A DNA stretch of 64,000 bases from Eledone cirrhosa (Eukaryota), in NCBI GenBank assembly GCA_964016885.1, contig OZ024745.1, forward strand, positions 76,136,001-76,200,000, in the 5' to 3' direction. Positions 27,304 through 41,269 of the stretch are shown here, piece after piece; position 1 is the stretch's first letter, and every line of letters starts with the position of its first letter. The notes beneath the pieces were generated by a model, which saw only the letters and a program-made list of their open reading frames with translations, was not told where the DNA came from and did no database searches. The position numbers and the translations under genes were made by a program.

Positions 27304-27476
27304 TGGATTGGCAGTATCGGTAGAGGGTCAGACACCATGCTTTCCAGCATAGTTACGATCTGAGTTCAAATCCCGCCGAGGTTGACTTTGCCTTTCATCC
27401 TTACGGGGTCGATAAAATAAAGTACCAGTAATGCACTGGGTAATTACTGGCCTTGTGCCTAAAGTAGAAACAATTA
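27304..27476 (+). mobile_element. tRNA-derived SINE, young copy immediately behind an older one
   Basis: A-box TGGCAGTATCGGTAG, B-box GAGTTCAAATCCC, conserved core, tail GTGCCTAAAGTAGAAACAATTATT. Confidence 0.85.
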
Positions 27477-28679
27477 TTTCTATTTATCCATAAGCTTATG
27501 TTTTCACACAGTCTAAAGTCAGTCTTGAGCCAGAAGGCTCATTAGGCCAGTGCTTTAGTGAAAACAGTTCATTCTTTATGACCAATCTACCTCACTGAAA
27601 TAGGTGGGAAAAATGTTGAAGTTCATAAAGTACACTGCTATAACCAGATCGACCGGGTGGGATGGTATGCTGTAGAATTATATTATTCACAAGTGTTCTA
27701 AGTTCAAATCATTTCCATATTTCCAAAATTTGCCATAGATTGATATTCAATGCAAAGAGTGAAGTAGCTTATCACAGCTCAACACTTTGAAAACTCATGG
27801 GAAATATGTTGAATAGTATTGTGGCAGTTGATAATAGCAATGATTTGTATTGAGGCGAATTCCTGAGAAGGTGAATATAATAACAATAATGATGAGGAGG
27901 AAAAGAGCAATGATGATAATAGTGATGAGAATGATGATGGTGACAACAATGATGCTGATAATGATGATTGCAATAACAATGATAATGTCTGCAGAGGATG
28001 AATCATTGGATCCAGTTAAAGATAGGTTTACAGAGTATATCAACTGTGAACTGGTAATTTATCTTTCAAGATGACTGGAATGAACAAAATCCCAACAGAA
28101 CTGTTGAAGAAGTAATTAGAAAGGAAGTCGGCAGGAAATTATGAAGATCCTTGTCATATTGCCATGAAATCCAGATGAATTATTTTTTGAGCTGAAATAA
28201 TTCAAAATATTGTTACTTGCCTCTGGTTTCCTTAACATCAATAGACAAAATGTAACTCCTGACAACATCTTAATTTATAAAAAGATTCACTGCTATGACA
28301 GATTGCCAATTATTTTTTAGCTTGGTAAACTGAAGAAATACAGTTAAATGCATTTTGAAATAACATAACATAATGTTAGCATTCCAATATCAATTTATTA
28401 TTATTTCTTATAAAAATACACTGGATGGTAAAATCGGTAGGGCATCAGACAAAATTCCTTGTGATATTTTGTTGCATCATTTTACTTTCTACATATGTAT
28501 CTTATCCAGTAGCATATCTAGAGAGGGGTGACATTTTTATGGGTCTGCTGTAGGCTATTATAATTGTGCACAGGCTAGTTAATATAACTTTGAGTTATAT
28601 ATGTGTATATATATATATACACATATATATCATCATCATCGTTTAACGTCTATCTTCCATGCTAGCATGGGTTAGATAC

Positions 28680-28731
<52 letters not shown>

Positions 28732-28876
28732 TTAGAAAGTTAGGAAAAACCACAGACCCTCCATCTCAACTCTACTTTTGAAAAGCAGAAGAACTGCAAA
28801 ACCGGTAAAGGAACCAAATAAATATATATATTTAAAAAAAAATAAGACTCCAGTTGCATTTTCGATTTCATCTTTT

Positions 28877-28922
<46 letters not shown>

Positions 28923-31112
28923 TAAAAGCAATATGTATTTTTTGTGGGGGCCTTGGGGTAGAAAACTGAAGGGCTGCCCCAGGTGGCACACACTCTAGCT
29001 ACGTCACTGATCCCATCAAGTTTGACTTTGCTTTTCACCCTTCTGTGACTATAAAGTCTAAATTTGCCTTTCATACTTCCGTGTTCTATAAAATCTCAAA
29101 ACTTGAATTACTTTGATCTCTTTTATCCTTCCTTAAAATGTATGACTCGGCACTTTTGTTAGAAATCATAATCCCATATAAAAAACACCTTATGAAAACA
29201 AAAATAAAATGTGATCTATAAATGAAGTACAAGCCTGAAAATTTGAATCGATTTAATCACTTTGACTCTTCCTTAATGGATACATTAGAAAGCCTAATGG
29301 ATATATTAGAAATCCTAATCCCAAATGAAAAGTGTATCTTATGCAAACACAAAATGTGATCTGGTTTAATTCCTTTTATCAGAATTCCTATACATTATCA
29401 CAAAAATGTTAAAATAAAATATGCTTCAGAAGCTGATGAGTTGAAACTAGTTTCCCTATTGTAATTCAAAAGAAATAAGCACAAATACTATTTGGGATAA
29501 AATTTTAGCATATATTCCTAATGATAACCAAGAGCCTATATATGATAACATAACTTGTTAGAAACAGCAACCAAATCTTCCTCAAATATGAAAAAGGAAG
29601 GAACACATTGAATAATATAGCTCTAGAAATGAAGGCCCATGGAGCAACTTAAGGCTAAACAACAACTGGAACTTGTAGAGTAGAAAACTAAGTAATCCCT
29701 GACATGAAACAAACTTAAGATTCAAATGTAATTGAAGGAATGGATCTTATTACTCAGCTGATATTGAACAATTATCTCTTATAGATATTCTGCTTTGTGA
29801 ATTCTTAATGTAATAGTATTCCTATAATAAATAACAATTCATGTGAGGGACTTAATTTAACCCTTTTCATACCAAACTGCTTGAAACTGGTTCTGGTTTT
29901 ACAAAATAAAGTTGTTTATTTTAAAGGTGTTTATATGTACGTAAAAATCTTCCATCATAATTATTAATTATGAGCATTTTGAGGTTTTACTGCACAAGAT
30001 CTACCCAAATTATTTGGAGGTGAATAAGAATGAATGTGATGTTAGCAAGATTAATATTTAAATGTCACTATTGAAAGAGGCAGTGAGACAATAGTAACAA
30101 TAATTTCATTATTATTATGTATTATACATGCACCTTTGATGAGTTGTAGTGCACCTGAGCACTGTACACAATAATTTCATTATTATTATTATAAAAAGTC
30201 TACAATAAGACTAAGCATTTTAGCTTTAAGGTGGCTTGGGTGCTCTTTGCATCTAGCTGTATGCCAATATCTTTAGAATACGTGTTTTCTAGTCAAGTTA
30301 TACGCTATGGTAAGATAAGTAGCCTGATGAATGTTTTTATGGAGGAAGTGAAAAAACTTTAAACATATAGTAGGACAGGGATACATAGAAAAATTTCTGG
30401 TATGGCATTTTCATCAGTACCTTGACACTAAAAGGGAGATTCTAAGAAAATGTGGAGTTATTTCAAGTTTGCAAATGAAAGGCATAGGGCTATGAAATTA
30501 ATAACTTATTTACATTGTGGTAGTAGAAATTTAGCATATTTGAGGGTCATTCTAATAATTTGTGTGTGTATGGGAGGGTGTTAATTCAAGTATGCTTTTG
30601 AAAAGCATATGGCTAAGAAATTAATTTAATTTTATTTAATTTTATTTACACTGAGATCTAAGAAAATTTAGTATATTTGCCTTGGAGTAATAATCATAAA
30701 TGAAAGAGGTATGTAATTTTTACATTGAAGCTGTAGAAATATAGCCTATTTGTATTGAAGTGGTAATTAAAGACAAATTTAGATTTGTTTAGAAGTAATA
30801 CATTTTTAGAGGGAATTCTTCACCTATTGATTTGACCAAAAAGCCATGAGTTGAGTTAGTGGTAAGAATATGTCATTGTTTTCTTTCTTTCATTTTCTTT
30901 TCTTTCTCTTCTGTCTTTCTCTCTTTCTGTCTTTGTTTATTTCCTTTTCTGCATTAACCACAAAGGATAGACACTTTTATAATAGATGATCACAAATAGG
31001 TAGCTCTGGATTTTGTCAAATAATCTCGCAAATTTGTTCTTATTTATACATGTACGTTGTATATATATGATTTATTCTTAATTATGTTTTGCATTTGTGT
31101 GTGTATCACCAC

Positions 31113-31278
31113 CATCATCAACATCATCTCCATTTAACATCCATGTTTCCATGGTTGCATGGGTCAAACAGGTCATCTGCGTTGAGAGACGTACCTTGCT
31201 CTTATGGGACCATAAATTTGGCCAGTGTTTTTACAGCTGAATGCCCTTCCTAACACCAACCACATTTACAGTGTGGGA
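31113..31278 (-). mobile_element. RTE 3' UTR/tail fragment
   Basis: CATCATC..CATTTAACATCC...GCCCTTCCTAACACCAACCACATTTACAGTGTGG. Confidence 0.65.
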
Positions 31279-31317
31279 CAAAGTGTATATTATATTATAT
31301 TCATTTGTATATAAATA

Positions 31318-31465
31318 ATAGTTTCTAATTTAAGCACAAGGCCAACAATTTTTTTGGAGAGGAAAGTCGTTTAAATCGACCCCAGTGCAACACTGGTACT
31401 TTAATTTATCAACCTCGTAAAGATGAAAGGCAAAGCTAACCTCAGCGAGATTTGAACTCAGAACG
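31318..31465 (-). mobile_element. tRNA-derived SINE
   Basis: GATGAAAGGCAAAGCTAACCTCAGCGAGATTTGAACTCAG core. Confidence 0.75.
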
Positions 31466-32269
31466 TTAACATTGACACCTTTTTCATTGAATTTTGATGT
31501 CATATTTTGTGTTTTTCATCTTGAATTCATTTCATGTATTTCTTTAATAGCTTGGGTGTTTTCTTGATTATTATCTTTTGGTTTTTGTATTGTGTTGTAT
31601 GAACTAGACTTCCCAATGCATGGCTTCATGTCATCGAGGTGGATAGTTTGGGAGTTTAAAGTCAAGAGACAATGGGAGGAGGTTGAGCAAGGTCTATTAT
31701 ATAATGGGGTTGTAGTCACTACAGATGATAATAGCTTTGGCTTTATTATATAAAAACTACGTAATATGACAGCTGCAGTCCGGTTAAGTATGCCAAGTTT
31801 GGAAAAATGAGCGGCCTACATTTGATTTGCCGAATTTGGTGGGTCATTACAGTTTGGTTTGGCAAGAGTCATGAGTACAAGTTGGTGTTTGATTTAAGCT
31901 GTTTGCTGAGTGTTTGGGAGCTGATTTGAGCAATAATGGTCTTATATGCAAATATAAGAAACTTTAAGTTATAATACAAACATCCAAAAAATAATGAGAA
32001 AATTAGTTATATTACTAAATTCCTCAAATAGGTGGTATCTTTCATTAGAAATATAGTAATAAAACAATTAAGGGGTTTTGTATGACATTTTGGAAAGCTA
32101 TTGAGTTATTTATCCCTAGATTAGATTTCTTGTCTAAAAACTTTATTTTACTTCGCCTATATTTATTTAACTGTTGAGAATAGCTACCAAGTATTCTGTA
32201 AGAGAATGTTATATGATATTCAGAAATTGTTCAATCCCTGGTTAACTAAAATTTAATTTTTTTTTTCAG

Positions 32270-32396
32270 GAAATTGTGCTGGTTCTATTCTTTGGGATAG
32301 AATATATAGTACGCTTGTGGTCTGCTGGATGCCGTAGTAAATATATGGGCCTACGAGGACGAATACGTTTTGCTCGCAAACCAATCTCCATTATAG
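32270..32396 (+). CDS. KCNQ1: KCNQ1/Kv7.1-like channel, internal exon encoding S2 and the S2-S3 linker (equivalent to human exon 3)
   Basis: T-tract + CAG acceptor ending 32269, GTATGG donor at 32397. Reads [42 protein letters not shown], the KCNQ RLWSAGC...RFARKP signature. Length 127 nt; joins in phase 0 to the previous exon. Confidence 0.95.
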
Positions 32397-33707
32397 GTAT
32401 GGTTTAAATGAATTTTCTTCTGAACTGTTAATCCATTTTAACATTGTTATTGCTGTTATTATTCTTAAATAATGTATGTGTAGGCATATGTGTGTCAGAG
32501 AGAGAGAGAACAAATGAACAGATAAAGTTGCAGTTAATTTATGTGCATTTAAGGCTTTAGCAAAAGCTCTCATATTGCTGGTATGGAAATGTGACATGAC
32601 TACTACTTAGTTAACAGTGAAAAGGTATGCAGTCCATGGATTGTACCTGTGAAAGTGTAAGATAGGATGGAGAAGGCATGGGACAACTTGATGTGATCTT
32701 ATTTTAAAATACTGAACTTCACGGAAGGGATAACAAAAAAAACCAAAGGAATTAATGATAATACTATATAGTATAGTTTTAGTTACAATACTATTTATTA
32801 TGACTGCATCACATAAAAAATTAAATCTTTAGTTTACTGTAGATTTTCACAATCTGCCCACTACTAAAACCACTATAAACATTTGAATTGACAAACTCAT
32901 TTTTAGTTATTTTCTGCTAAATCATTATAGGTAACAAGAGGTAACAAGAATGCACAAATACAAACAATACAACAATAAACAAACAAAAGCAATGCAGAAA
33001 TGGAGAGAAATGAAAAACAAGATCCTTGAGAAATGAAAGCTACTGTTGAAATATTTCCCATTGCTCAAGGATGACTAGTACCAAAATAGTTTAACCAGCT
33101 GAGAATCTATACATTGTCATTTAATGGATGGCCTTCTTAATCATCAACAACTTTGTAGGGTTGCCACTGGGACTTGCGAGAATATTTGTTGCATGACTAG
33201 AGAATTCTCTTTACCATGCGTTAATGTTTTAATCAGTGAGTTTCTGTTCTAGACAGGTTGCTTGTGCTGGAGTTTACAAAATCCATGTCTCCTCCATTAG
33301 TTCTTTCCCATTCTTAATTTCCATAAAATGAGCACCATTAATATGGTGTAATCAATGAAATCTATTATACTACAACATTTTTGTTGTTTTTAAATTGGTC
33401 TTCTGCTTATGTAAGAAATCATTATCGGTAAGGTGTTAGATATAACTGATTTACTTATTCGTTGACATCCGTTACATTTGCTTTCTCTGCTTCATTGATC
33501 ACCCTGTCAATATCTGTTAATCCTATTAGCAAAAGTGCACTTCAGTGCAGATATTAACAAGCAGATGTTGTTACAATTCTCTAGTGAGCTATTTGTAAAT
33601 TCAGTCAAAGAGAATATTCAAAGAATATAAGAATATATATAAAAGTGTACCCATGTCAAAATGATGACAATTTTATTAATTATAGAGAATGTTTTCCAAA
33701 TGACAAA

Positions 33708-33738
<31 letters not shown>

Positions 33739-34245
33739 CTATATTATATTTTGAGAATAAACTCTCAGTCGTTTACAATAATTAAGCTCTAAGAAAAGGG
33801 GCATTTCCGAGCAGTTAAATACATTAAAATATATAATAAACACAAAACGTGTTTGCATTGCAACAGACAAAGTTAGCTATTAATGAAATAAACTAATTAA
33901 AGTGAATACAATTTGTCTGTCTCGATATAAGTCAATAAAGACAAGCTTATATTGGCAACGGCCATGATTCCTGGACAGATTTAAATTTCAAAATCCAAAC
34001 CTGTTCCGTAGACGAATTTGAACCTCGAAACCTAAATCCGTTTCGCAATGGTGGTATGTGAATTGAAAAATAAAGAGAATCGAAATGGAATTGAAATAAA
34101 AAGTGAAATATCCAAATCTTCTGTGCTTATCAATAGGAATCCAGTAAAATTAGTACATCTCACATCAAAAATTTTGCAGGTCTGACTACACGTGTGTAGC
34201 CAGGCCAAACTAGCCGTCCCGCATTCCCGGTGCTAGAAATAACAG

Positions 34246-34438
34246 CCGTTTATGCGGGATTAAAGATATATATATATATGTGTGTATATGATATATATAT
34301 ATGTGTGTATATGATATATATATATATGTGTATATATATATATATGTGTATATATATATGATATATATATATATATGTGTATATATATATGATATATATA
34401 TATATATGTGTATATATATATATGTGTATATATATATA
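34246..34438. repeat. (TA/TG)n microsatellite abutting the RTE 3' tail
   Basis: Direct inspection. Confidence 0.9.
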
Positions 34439-36838
34439 TCATCATCATTTAACGTCCATGTTCCACGCTTCCATGGGTTTGGACGGGCGTTTTCCCACTT
34501 GAAGCAAGAGTGGTTGTCTTGCTCGCATAGGACTGCCTGGCGGGTTTTCTGCAGCTGGATGCCCTTCCTAACACCAACCACATTTACAGTATGGGACTGG
34601 GAGGTTTTTACCGTGTTACCTACACGGCCACATTACAGCGTGGACTGTCTGGCGGGTTTTCTACAGCTGGATGCCCTTCCTAACACCAACCACATTTACA
34701 GTGTGGGACTGGGAGGTTTTTACCGTGTTGCCTACACGGTCACATTACAGCGTGGACTGTGTGTTTTTTTGTCGTGGCACCTACACGATCTCATTTGTTT
34801 CGGCCTGGATGTTGTGGCACCAACATAACTTTACATTGAAAGGGGCAGTGTGGTGGGACGGGGGTGTATTTTGTTAGAGATGCTTACTGACTGTAGTAGG
34901 TTTTACTTTGTATTTAGGTAAGGCGGGTCTGAGTACCGCCAAAGATCTCGGTCCAGTGACATTGTCTTGGAGAGGTGTAAGTGTGTGAGGTCGAAATTTA
35001 CCAGGTCGTCCCAGGTTTTTCTGGGTCTGCCTACTCCGTGGCTACCGTCTATCTTTATTGCCCTGCACTTTGTTATACAGCTGTCATCTTTCATGCGCAT
35101 CACGTGACCATACCAACGTAGCCTTCTCTCGAGTAAACAACATCTGATCCCTCTTATTTTTAATTTTTTCCTTAGTTCGTTTATGCTTTGCCGTTCACGT
35201 ATATTACTATTACACATCCAGCGGAGCATGCAAGCTTCGTTCCTCTCTAGTCTGCGTATATCCTCTGCACACAATGCCCAGGTCTCACTGCCATGCAACA
35301 TTGCTGTTCGTATGCAGGCATCATACAACCTGCCTTTCATTTTTAGGGAGAACCCTTTAGCGGCTAATAGTGGTATAAGCTCTCTGAACTTTTTCCAACC
35401 AGTTCTGACTCTAGCTACTGTACTTTCAGAGCACGCTCCCCCACTGCTGATTTTGTCACCCAGGTAACGGAAGCTGTCCACTATTTCTATAGAACCATCT
35501 GTACAATGGAATGAGCTAGTATTCTGTGGGCACTTGCTGCTACTTATTGCACCAGAGCACTGGCCACATGCAAAATCTATGTTCTTAGTTAGCTTATCTG
35601 TGATCCCACTACATCTTTTATGCACCCATACTTTGCATTTGGGACATAAAATGGAGTTTCTACCTACGCCTTTCCTACACACTGAGCATGGCCATTTCCC
35701 GGAAGGGACCGGCGCCTTATTTACTTTCCTACAAACTAGAACTTTAGTCTTAGCCAGGTTAATTTTAAGGCCTTTTGATTCTAGGCCGTGCTTCCATGTT
35801 TGGAATTTCTTCTCTAGCTCGGCCATTGATTCAGCTATGAGCGTTAGATCATCTGCGTATAGGAGTTCCCATGGGCAGCTGGTCTTGAACTCCACTGTTA
35901 TAGCCTGAAGGGCAATAATAAATAGTAGGGGGCTAAGAACAGAGCCCTGATGAACACCAACTTTTACGCTAAACTCTTCACTATATTCGTTGTTAATTCT
36001 AACCTTGCTGACTGTTTCTTTATACATGGCTTGTATAGCTCTCACAAGCCATTTGTCAACACCTAGTTTTCTAAGAGCCCACCAGATAATGGAACGGGGG
36101 ACTCTGTCGAAAGCTTTCTCCAAGTCGACAAAAGCTAAGTATAGGGGTTTACTTTTAGCTAGGTACTTCTCCTGTAGTTGTCGTACAATGAAAAGAGCAT
36201 CTGTGGTACTTTTGCCTGACACAAACCCGAACTGCATTTCATCTAGATCAATTCTCTCTCTGATTAGTTGCGCTATTACTTTTTCTGTGACCTTCATGAC
36301 CTGGTCGATTAATTTAATGCCTCTATAGTTACTCCTATCTAGGGCATCTCCTTTACAGTTAATGATGATGCTGCTATGCCAGTCCTTCGGAACAACCCCA
36401 TTATGTATGACTTGGTTTACTATCTGGGTGACCATGGTGTGTCCCACCGTTCCAGAGGCTTTCAGCATCTCAGCAACTATTTCCGAAGGCTCAGCCGCCT
36501 TACCCGTCTTCATATCTTTGATTGCCTTACTTATTATACTACCTTCGACTAACACTGCTGGTCTCTCTATTGGGTCGATGTGGGGGAGACTGTCTTTCTC
36601 CCATTTATTCTCCTCATTTAGTAGCCTTTCGTAGTGACACTTCCAAGCTACCTTCTTATCAGCGTCAGTGATGGCAAGTACACCATCATCATTAAGTACA
36701 CACTTCTCCCCGACAATATCATGATTTTCCTTGACACATTGCCTAGCAATCCTGAATGGTCTTAATTGACCCCTCCACCTTACTGTTCCACCACCATGTT
36801 ACTCTCCTCCTGCCTACAGGCCTGCTCCAGCCACAGAT
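34439..36838 (-). mobile_element. RTE LINE, subfamily A, copy 3 (longest): ~112-nt tandem duplication in the 3' UTR and an internal deletion near the 5' end
   Basis: ORF 34903-36555 (550 aa RT). The frame extends upstream (FRIARQCVKENHDIVGEKC...WKCHYERLLN), then jumps to CGWSRPVGRRRVTWWWN (RTE WW linker) at ~36760-36838. The UTR block at ~34538-34647 is repeated at ~34649-34759. Confidence 0.95.
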
Positions 36839-36850
36839 ATATATATATAT

Positions 36851-36885
<35 letters not shown>

Positions 36886-36889
<4 letters not shown>

Positions 36890-37155
36890 ATACTTGGGGA
36901 GGGTCATATTTGTGTAATATTGCCAGAATTAATAACAGAACACACTCACTGTTTGGTTGGTTTTCACTTTTCGCTTCTGTGTCTTCTATATCGGTAATCT
37001 AATTTATTCGGTCCTCAATGTTGCCATTGACTGACCAACGGTAAAAAATAATGCAGATACAATATAGACACAAACACATATATATAGTTTATCAAAGTTC
37101 TTTTGTTGCACATCTGCAACATCGTCAGTGGTGCTATTGTTTCGTCCCGTTACAT
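36886..37155 (-). mobile_element. Short Penelope pLTR-like non-autonomous element with a degenerate hammerhead
   Basis: Its minus-strand 3' end ATGACCCTCCCCAAGTATAACA matches the Penelope terminus at 49939-49960. At 37091-37132 it has CTGACGA-T-GTTGCA(GATG)TGCAAC-AAAA-GAAC-TT. Embedded in (TA)n. Confidence 0.6.
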
Positions 37156-37364
37156 TGTATGTATATATATGTATATATGTATGTATATATATGTATATAT
37201 ATGTATGTATATATGTATATATATGTATATATATAATGTATATATGTATATATATAATGTATATATGTATATATATAATGTATATATGTATATATATAAT
37301 GTATATATGTATATATATAATGTATATATATATATATATAATGTGTATATATATATATATAATG

Positions 37365-37398
<34 letters not shown>

Positions 37399-37417
37399 TA
37401 TAATGTATATATATATG

Positions 37418-37494
<77 letters not shown>
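37156..37494. repeat. (TA)n/(TATG)n compound microsatellite
   Basis: Direct inspection. Confidence 0.9.
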
Positions 37495-37500
<6 letters not shown>

Positions 37501-37715
37501 CACACAGTCCACGCTGTAATGTGGCCGTGTAGGCAACACGGTAAAAACCTCCCAGACCCACACTGTAAATGTGGTTGGTGTTAGGAAGGGCATCCAACTG
37601 TAGAAAACCTGCCAGACAGTCCTATGCGAGCAAGACAATCACTCTTGCCTCAAGTGGGAAAACCCCCGTCCAAACCCATGCAAGCGTGGAACACGGACGT
37701 TAAACGTTGATGATG
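37495..37715 (+). mobile_element. RTE subfamily A 3' UTR-only insertion
   Basis: Near-identical to 25750-25975; ends GGACGTTAAACGTTGATGATG. Confidence 0.85.
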
Positions 37716-38269
37716 AAATGTATATATATATATATGTATATATATCTGTATATGGCGACTAAACTGGCAACCCCACCAAGTTTTCTTGGTGAGGAGGGTG
37801 ACTTTGGACATCCTGCAGGACTAAAAACAAAACCTGTCAAAGGGCAAAAGAGCTCTTAAGAGTCAATGGCCATCCAAAATCACCGGGAGAGATGACCCCT
37901 TAGCCTTTGTCAAGGCAGAATTCTAGGAGAAGGAAAACTCTGATATAACACCAGCAACCCTGATGGTATCCAATGATGTTGACTTGTTCTTCTTTTTGGT
38001 AAATATCATCTTGGTTAAGAGAGTGGGACTGGCTTTGTGCAGTGCCTTTGCTCACTATAAAAGCTTCACGGCACAGGCATTGCTTTATATCTGGAGATCT
38101 CTCTGCACTTGTCACATGGTACCATGGGCCCAGCACTGTGTGTCAATAATTGTCACAGGTGTAGTGTTTGTGCCAGAGTTTTCAAGTCGCTGGCTGAACT
38201 CCCATCGGTAGGGGTTCTCCTACATGGATATAAAGTATGACCGTACTCGAAAACGAGTTGACAACCACC

Positions 38270-38301
<32 letters not shown>

Positions 38302-38350
38302 GTATATATATATGTATGTATATATATATGTATGTATATATATATGTATG

Positions 38351-38381
<31 letters not shown>

Positions 38382-38518
38382 GTATATATATATGTATGTA
38401 TATATATATGTATGTATATATATATGTATGTATATATATATGTATATATATATGTATGTATATATGTATGTATGTGTATATATATGTATGTGTATATATA
38501 TGTATATATATATGTATG
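38270..38518. repeat. (TA)n/(TATG)n microsatellite
   Basis: Direct inspection. Confidence 0.9.
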
Positions 38519-39892
38519 TCATCATCATCATCATCATCATCATTTTACGTCCGCTTTTCCCTGCTTGCAAGGGTGGGACGGGTCTTATTCAGCACAGCAT
38601 CTCTCCATTCGTCACGGTCCCTCGTCATCTCCACCGTGAGCTTCAATGATCTGAGGTCTGTTCTCACCACCTCCGCCCATGTTTTTCGTGGTCTACCTCT
38701 ACCACGTCTTCCTTCAACTGGCATTTGCTGGCACTTCTTCACCCATCGGTCATCCTCCATGCGCATCACATGTCCATACCACCCCAGTCTCCTCTCCCGT
38801 ACACTACATTCTATCCCTCTCAGACACAGTTTCTCTCTCAACACATTTATGCTGGGTCGTTCACGCACATTTACACTGCACATCCAACGGCGCATGCTTG
38901 CCTCATTTCTCTCCAGCCGTCGCATATCTTCTGCGGTAGCTGCCCATGTCTCACTACCATGCAGCATCGCGCTCCTCACACAGGCATCATACAACCGGCC
39001 TTTCGTACGCAGGGAGAAACCCTTCTTTGTCAACAGAGGAAGCAGCTCCCTAAACTTCTTCCAACCCGTCCTTATTCTAGATACTATGGCCTCGGAACAC
39101 CCTCCTCCCATGCTAATCTGATCTCCTAGGTACCGGAAGCTATCCACCACTTCTATAGCGCCCTCTCGCATTTGAAAAATGTGTCTATCAGTGCGACTTC
39201 TACTGTCTAATTTCCCTGTACATCTACTGCATACATATTTCTCCCTACCTGTTAGTTTGCCTGCTATCCCGCTACATCTCTTGTGTACCCAGGACCTACA
39301 TTGTGTGCATTTTATAGAATTTATGCCAGTTCCTTTTCTGCATATCGAACATGGCCATTTCCCTGACGGAATCAGGGTTTTGTCCTCTTTTCTACTCATC
39401 AACACTTTTGTCTTAGCTAGATTTACTCTCAGTCCTCTTGCTTCCAACTGCTGTTTCCATAGCCGGAATTTATTCTCTAGCTCCTCTACTGATTCTGCCA
39501 TAAGAGCCAGATCGTCAGCATAGAGAAGTTCCCATGGACAGCCAGTCTTAAACTCCTCTGTTATGGCTTGGAGGACTATAATGAACAAGAGCGGGTTGAG
39601 GACCGAACCCTGATGTACTCCTACTTGTATCTGGAATTCCTCACTAAACTCCATTCCTACCCTGACTTTACTGAGAGTACCTCTGTACAAAGTTTGCACT
39701 GTCCTTACAAGCCATTCCTCAACACCCAGCTTCCTTAGGGAGCACCAGATGACAGATCGGGGTACCCTATCAAAGGCCTTCTCTAGGTCAACAAAAGCTA
39801 AGTATAGTGGCTTATTCTTCTCTAAGAACCTCTCTTGCATTTGTCTCACCAAGAAGAGGGCATCTGTTGTACTCTTCCCAGGCACAAAACCA
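38519..39892 (-). mobile_element. RTE LINE, subfamily B (5'-truncated); the ORF runs up to the (GAT)n tail
   Basis: ORF 38545-39885 has [23 protein letters not shown] and the PHD-like insert. It is clearly diverged from subfamily A. The stop codon is adjacent to the (CAT)8 tract at 38519-38543. Confidence 0.93.
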
Positions 39893-39895
39893 CAA

Positions 39896-39963
39896 TATGT
39901 ATGTATATATATATATATGTATGTATATATATATATATGTATGTATATATATATATATGTATG

Positions 39964-40010
<47 letters not shown>

Positions 40011-41127
40011 GTATGTATATATATATATATATGTATGTATATATATATATATGTATGTATATATATATGTATGTATGTATATATATATGTATGTATGTAT
40101 ATATATATGTATGTATGTATATATATATATATGTATGTATATATATATATATGTATGTATATATATATATATGTATGTATATATATATATATGTATGTAT
40201 ATATATATATATGTATGTATATATATATATGTATGTATATATATATATATGTATATATATATATGTATGTATATATATATATATGTATGTATATATATAT
40301 ATGTATGTATATATATATATGTATGTATATATATATGTATGTATATATATATGTATGTATATATATATGTATGTATATATATATGTATGTATATATATAT
40401 GTATGTATATATATATGTATGTATATATATATGTATGTATATATATATGTATGTATATATATATATATGTATGTATATATATATATATGTATGTATATAT
40501 ATATGTATGTATGTATATATATATATATGTATGTATATATATATGTATGTATGTATATATATATATATGTATGTATATATATATGTATGTATATATATAT
40601 ATATGTATGTATGTATGTATATATATATGTATGTATGTATATATATATATATGTATGTATATATATATATATGTATGTATGTATATATATATGTATGTAT
40701 GTATATATATATATATATATGTATGTATATATATATGTATGTATATATATATGTATGTATATATATATGTATGTATATATATATGTATGTATATATATAT
40801 GTATGTATATATATATGTATGTATATATATATGTATGTATATATATATGTATGTATATATATATGTATGTATATATATATGTATGTATATATATATGTAT
40901 GTATATATATATGTATGTATATATATATGTATGTATATATATATGTATGTATATATATATGTATGTATATATATATGTATGTATATATATATGTATGTAT
41001 ATATATATGTGTATATATATATGTATGTATATATATATGTATATATATGTATGTATGTATATATATATATGTATGTATATATATATATGTATGTATATAT
41101 ATATATATATGTATGTATATATGTATG

Positions 41128-41163
<36 letters not shown>

Positions 41164-41229
41164 TGTATGTATATATATATGTATATATATATATGTATGT
41201 ATATATATATGTATATATATATATGTATG

Positions 41230-41269
<40 letters not shown>

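Noticed and set aside
29430-29456. CTGATGAG-TT-GAAACTAGTT, a hammerhead-core look-alike
   Set aside because: There is no room for stem II and no convincing stem I; chance match or unrecognisable relic.
37750-37965. Possible HDV-like ribozyme or RTE 5' UTR remnant (also ~920-1040)
   Set aside because: It resembles RTE 5' regions (AAGGCA..CTAGGAGAAGGAAAACTCTGA), but I could not build a complete nested double pseudoknot by eye.
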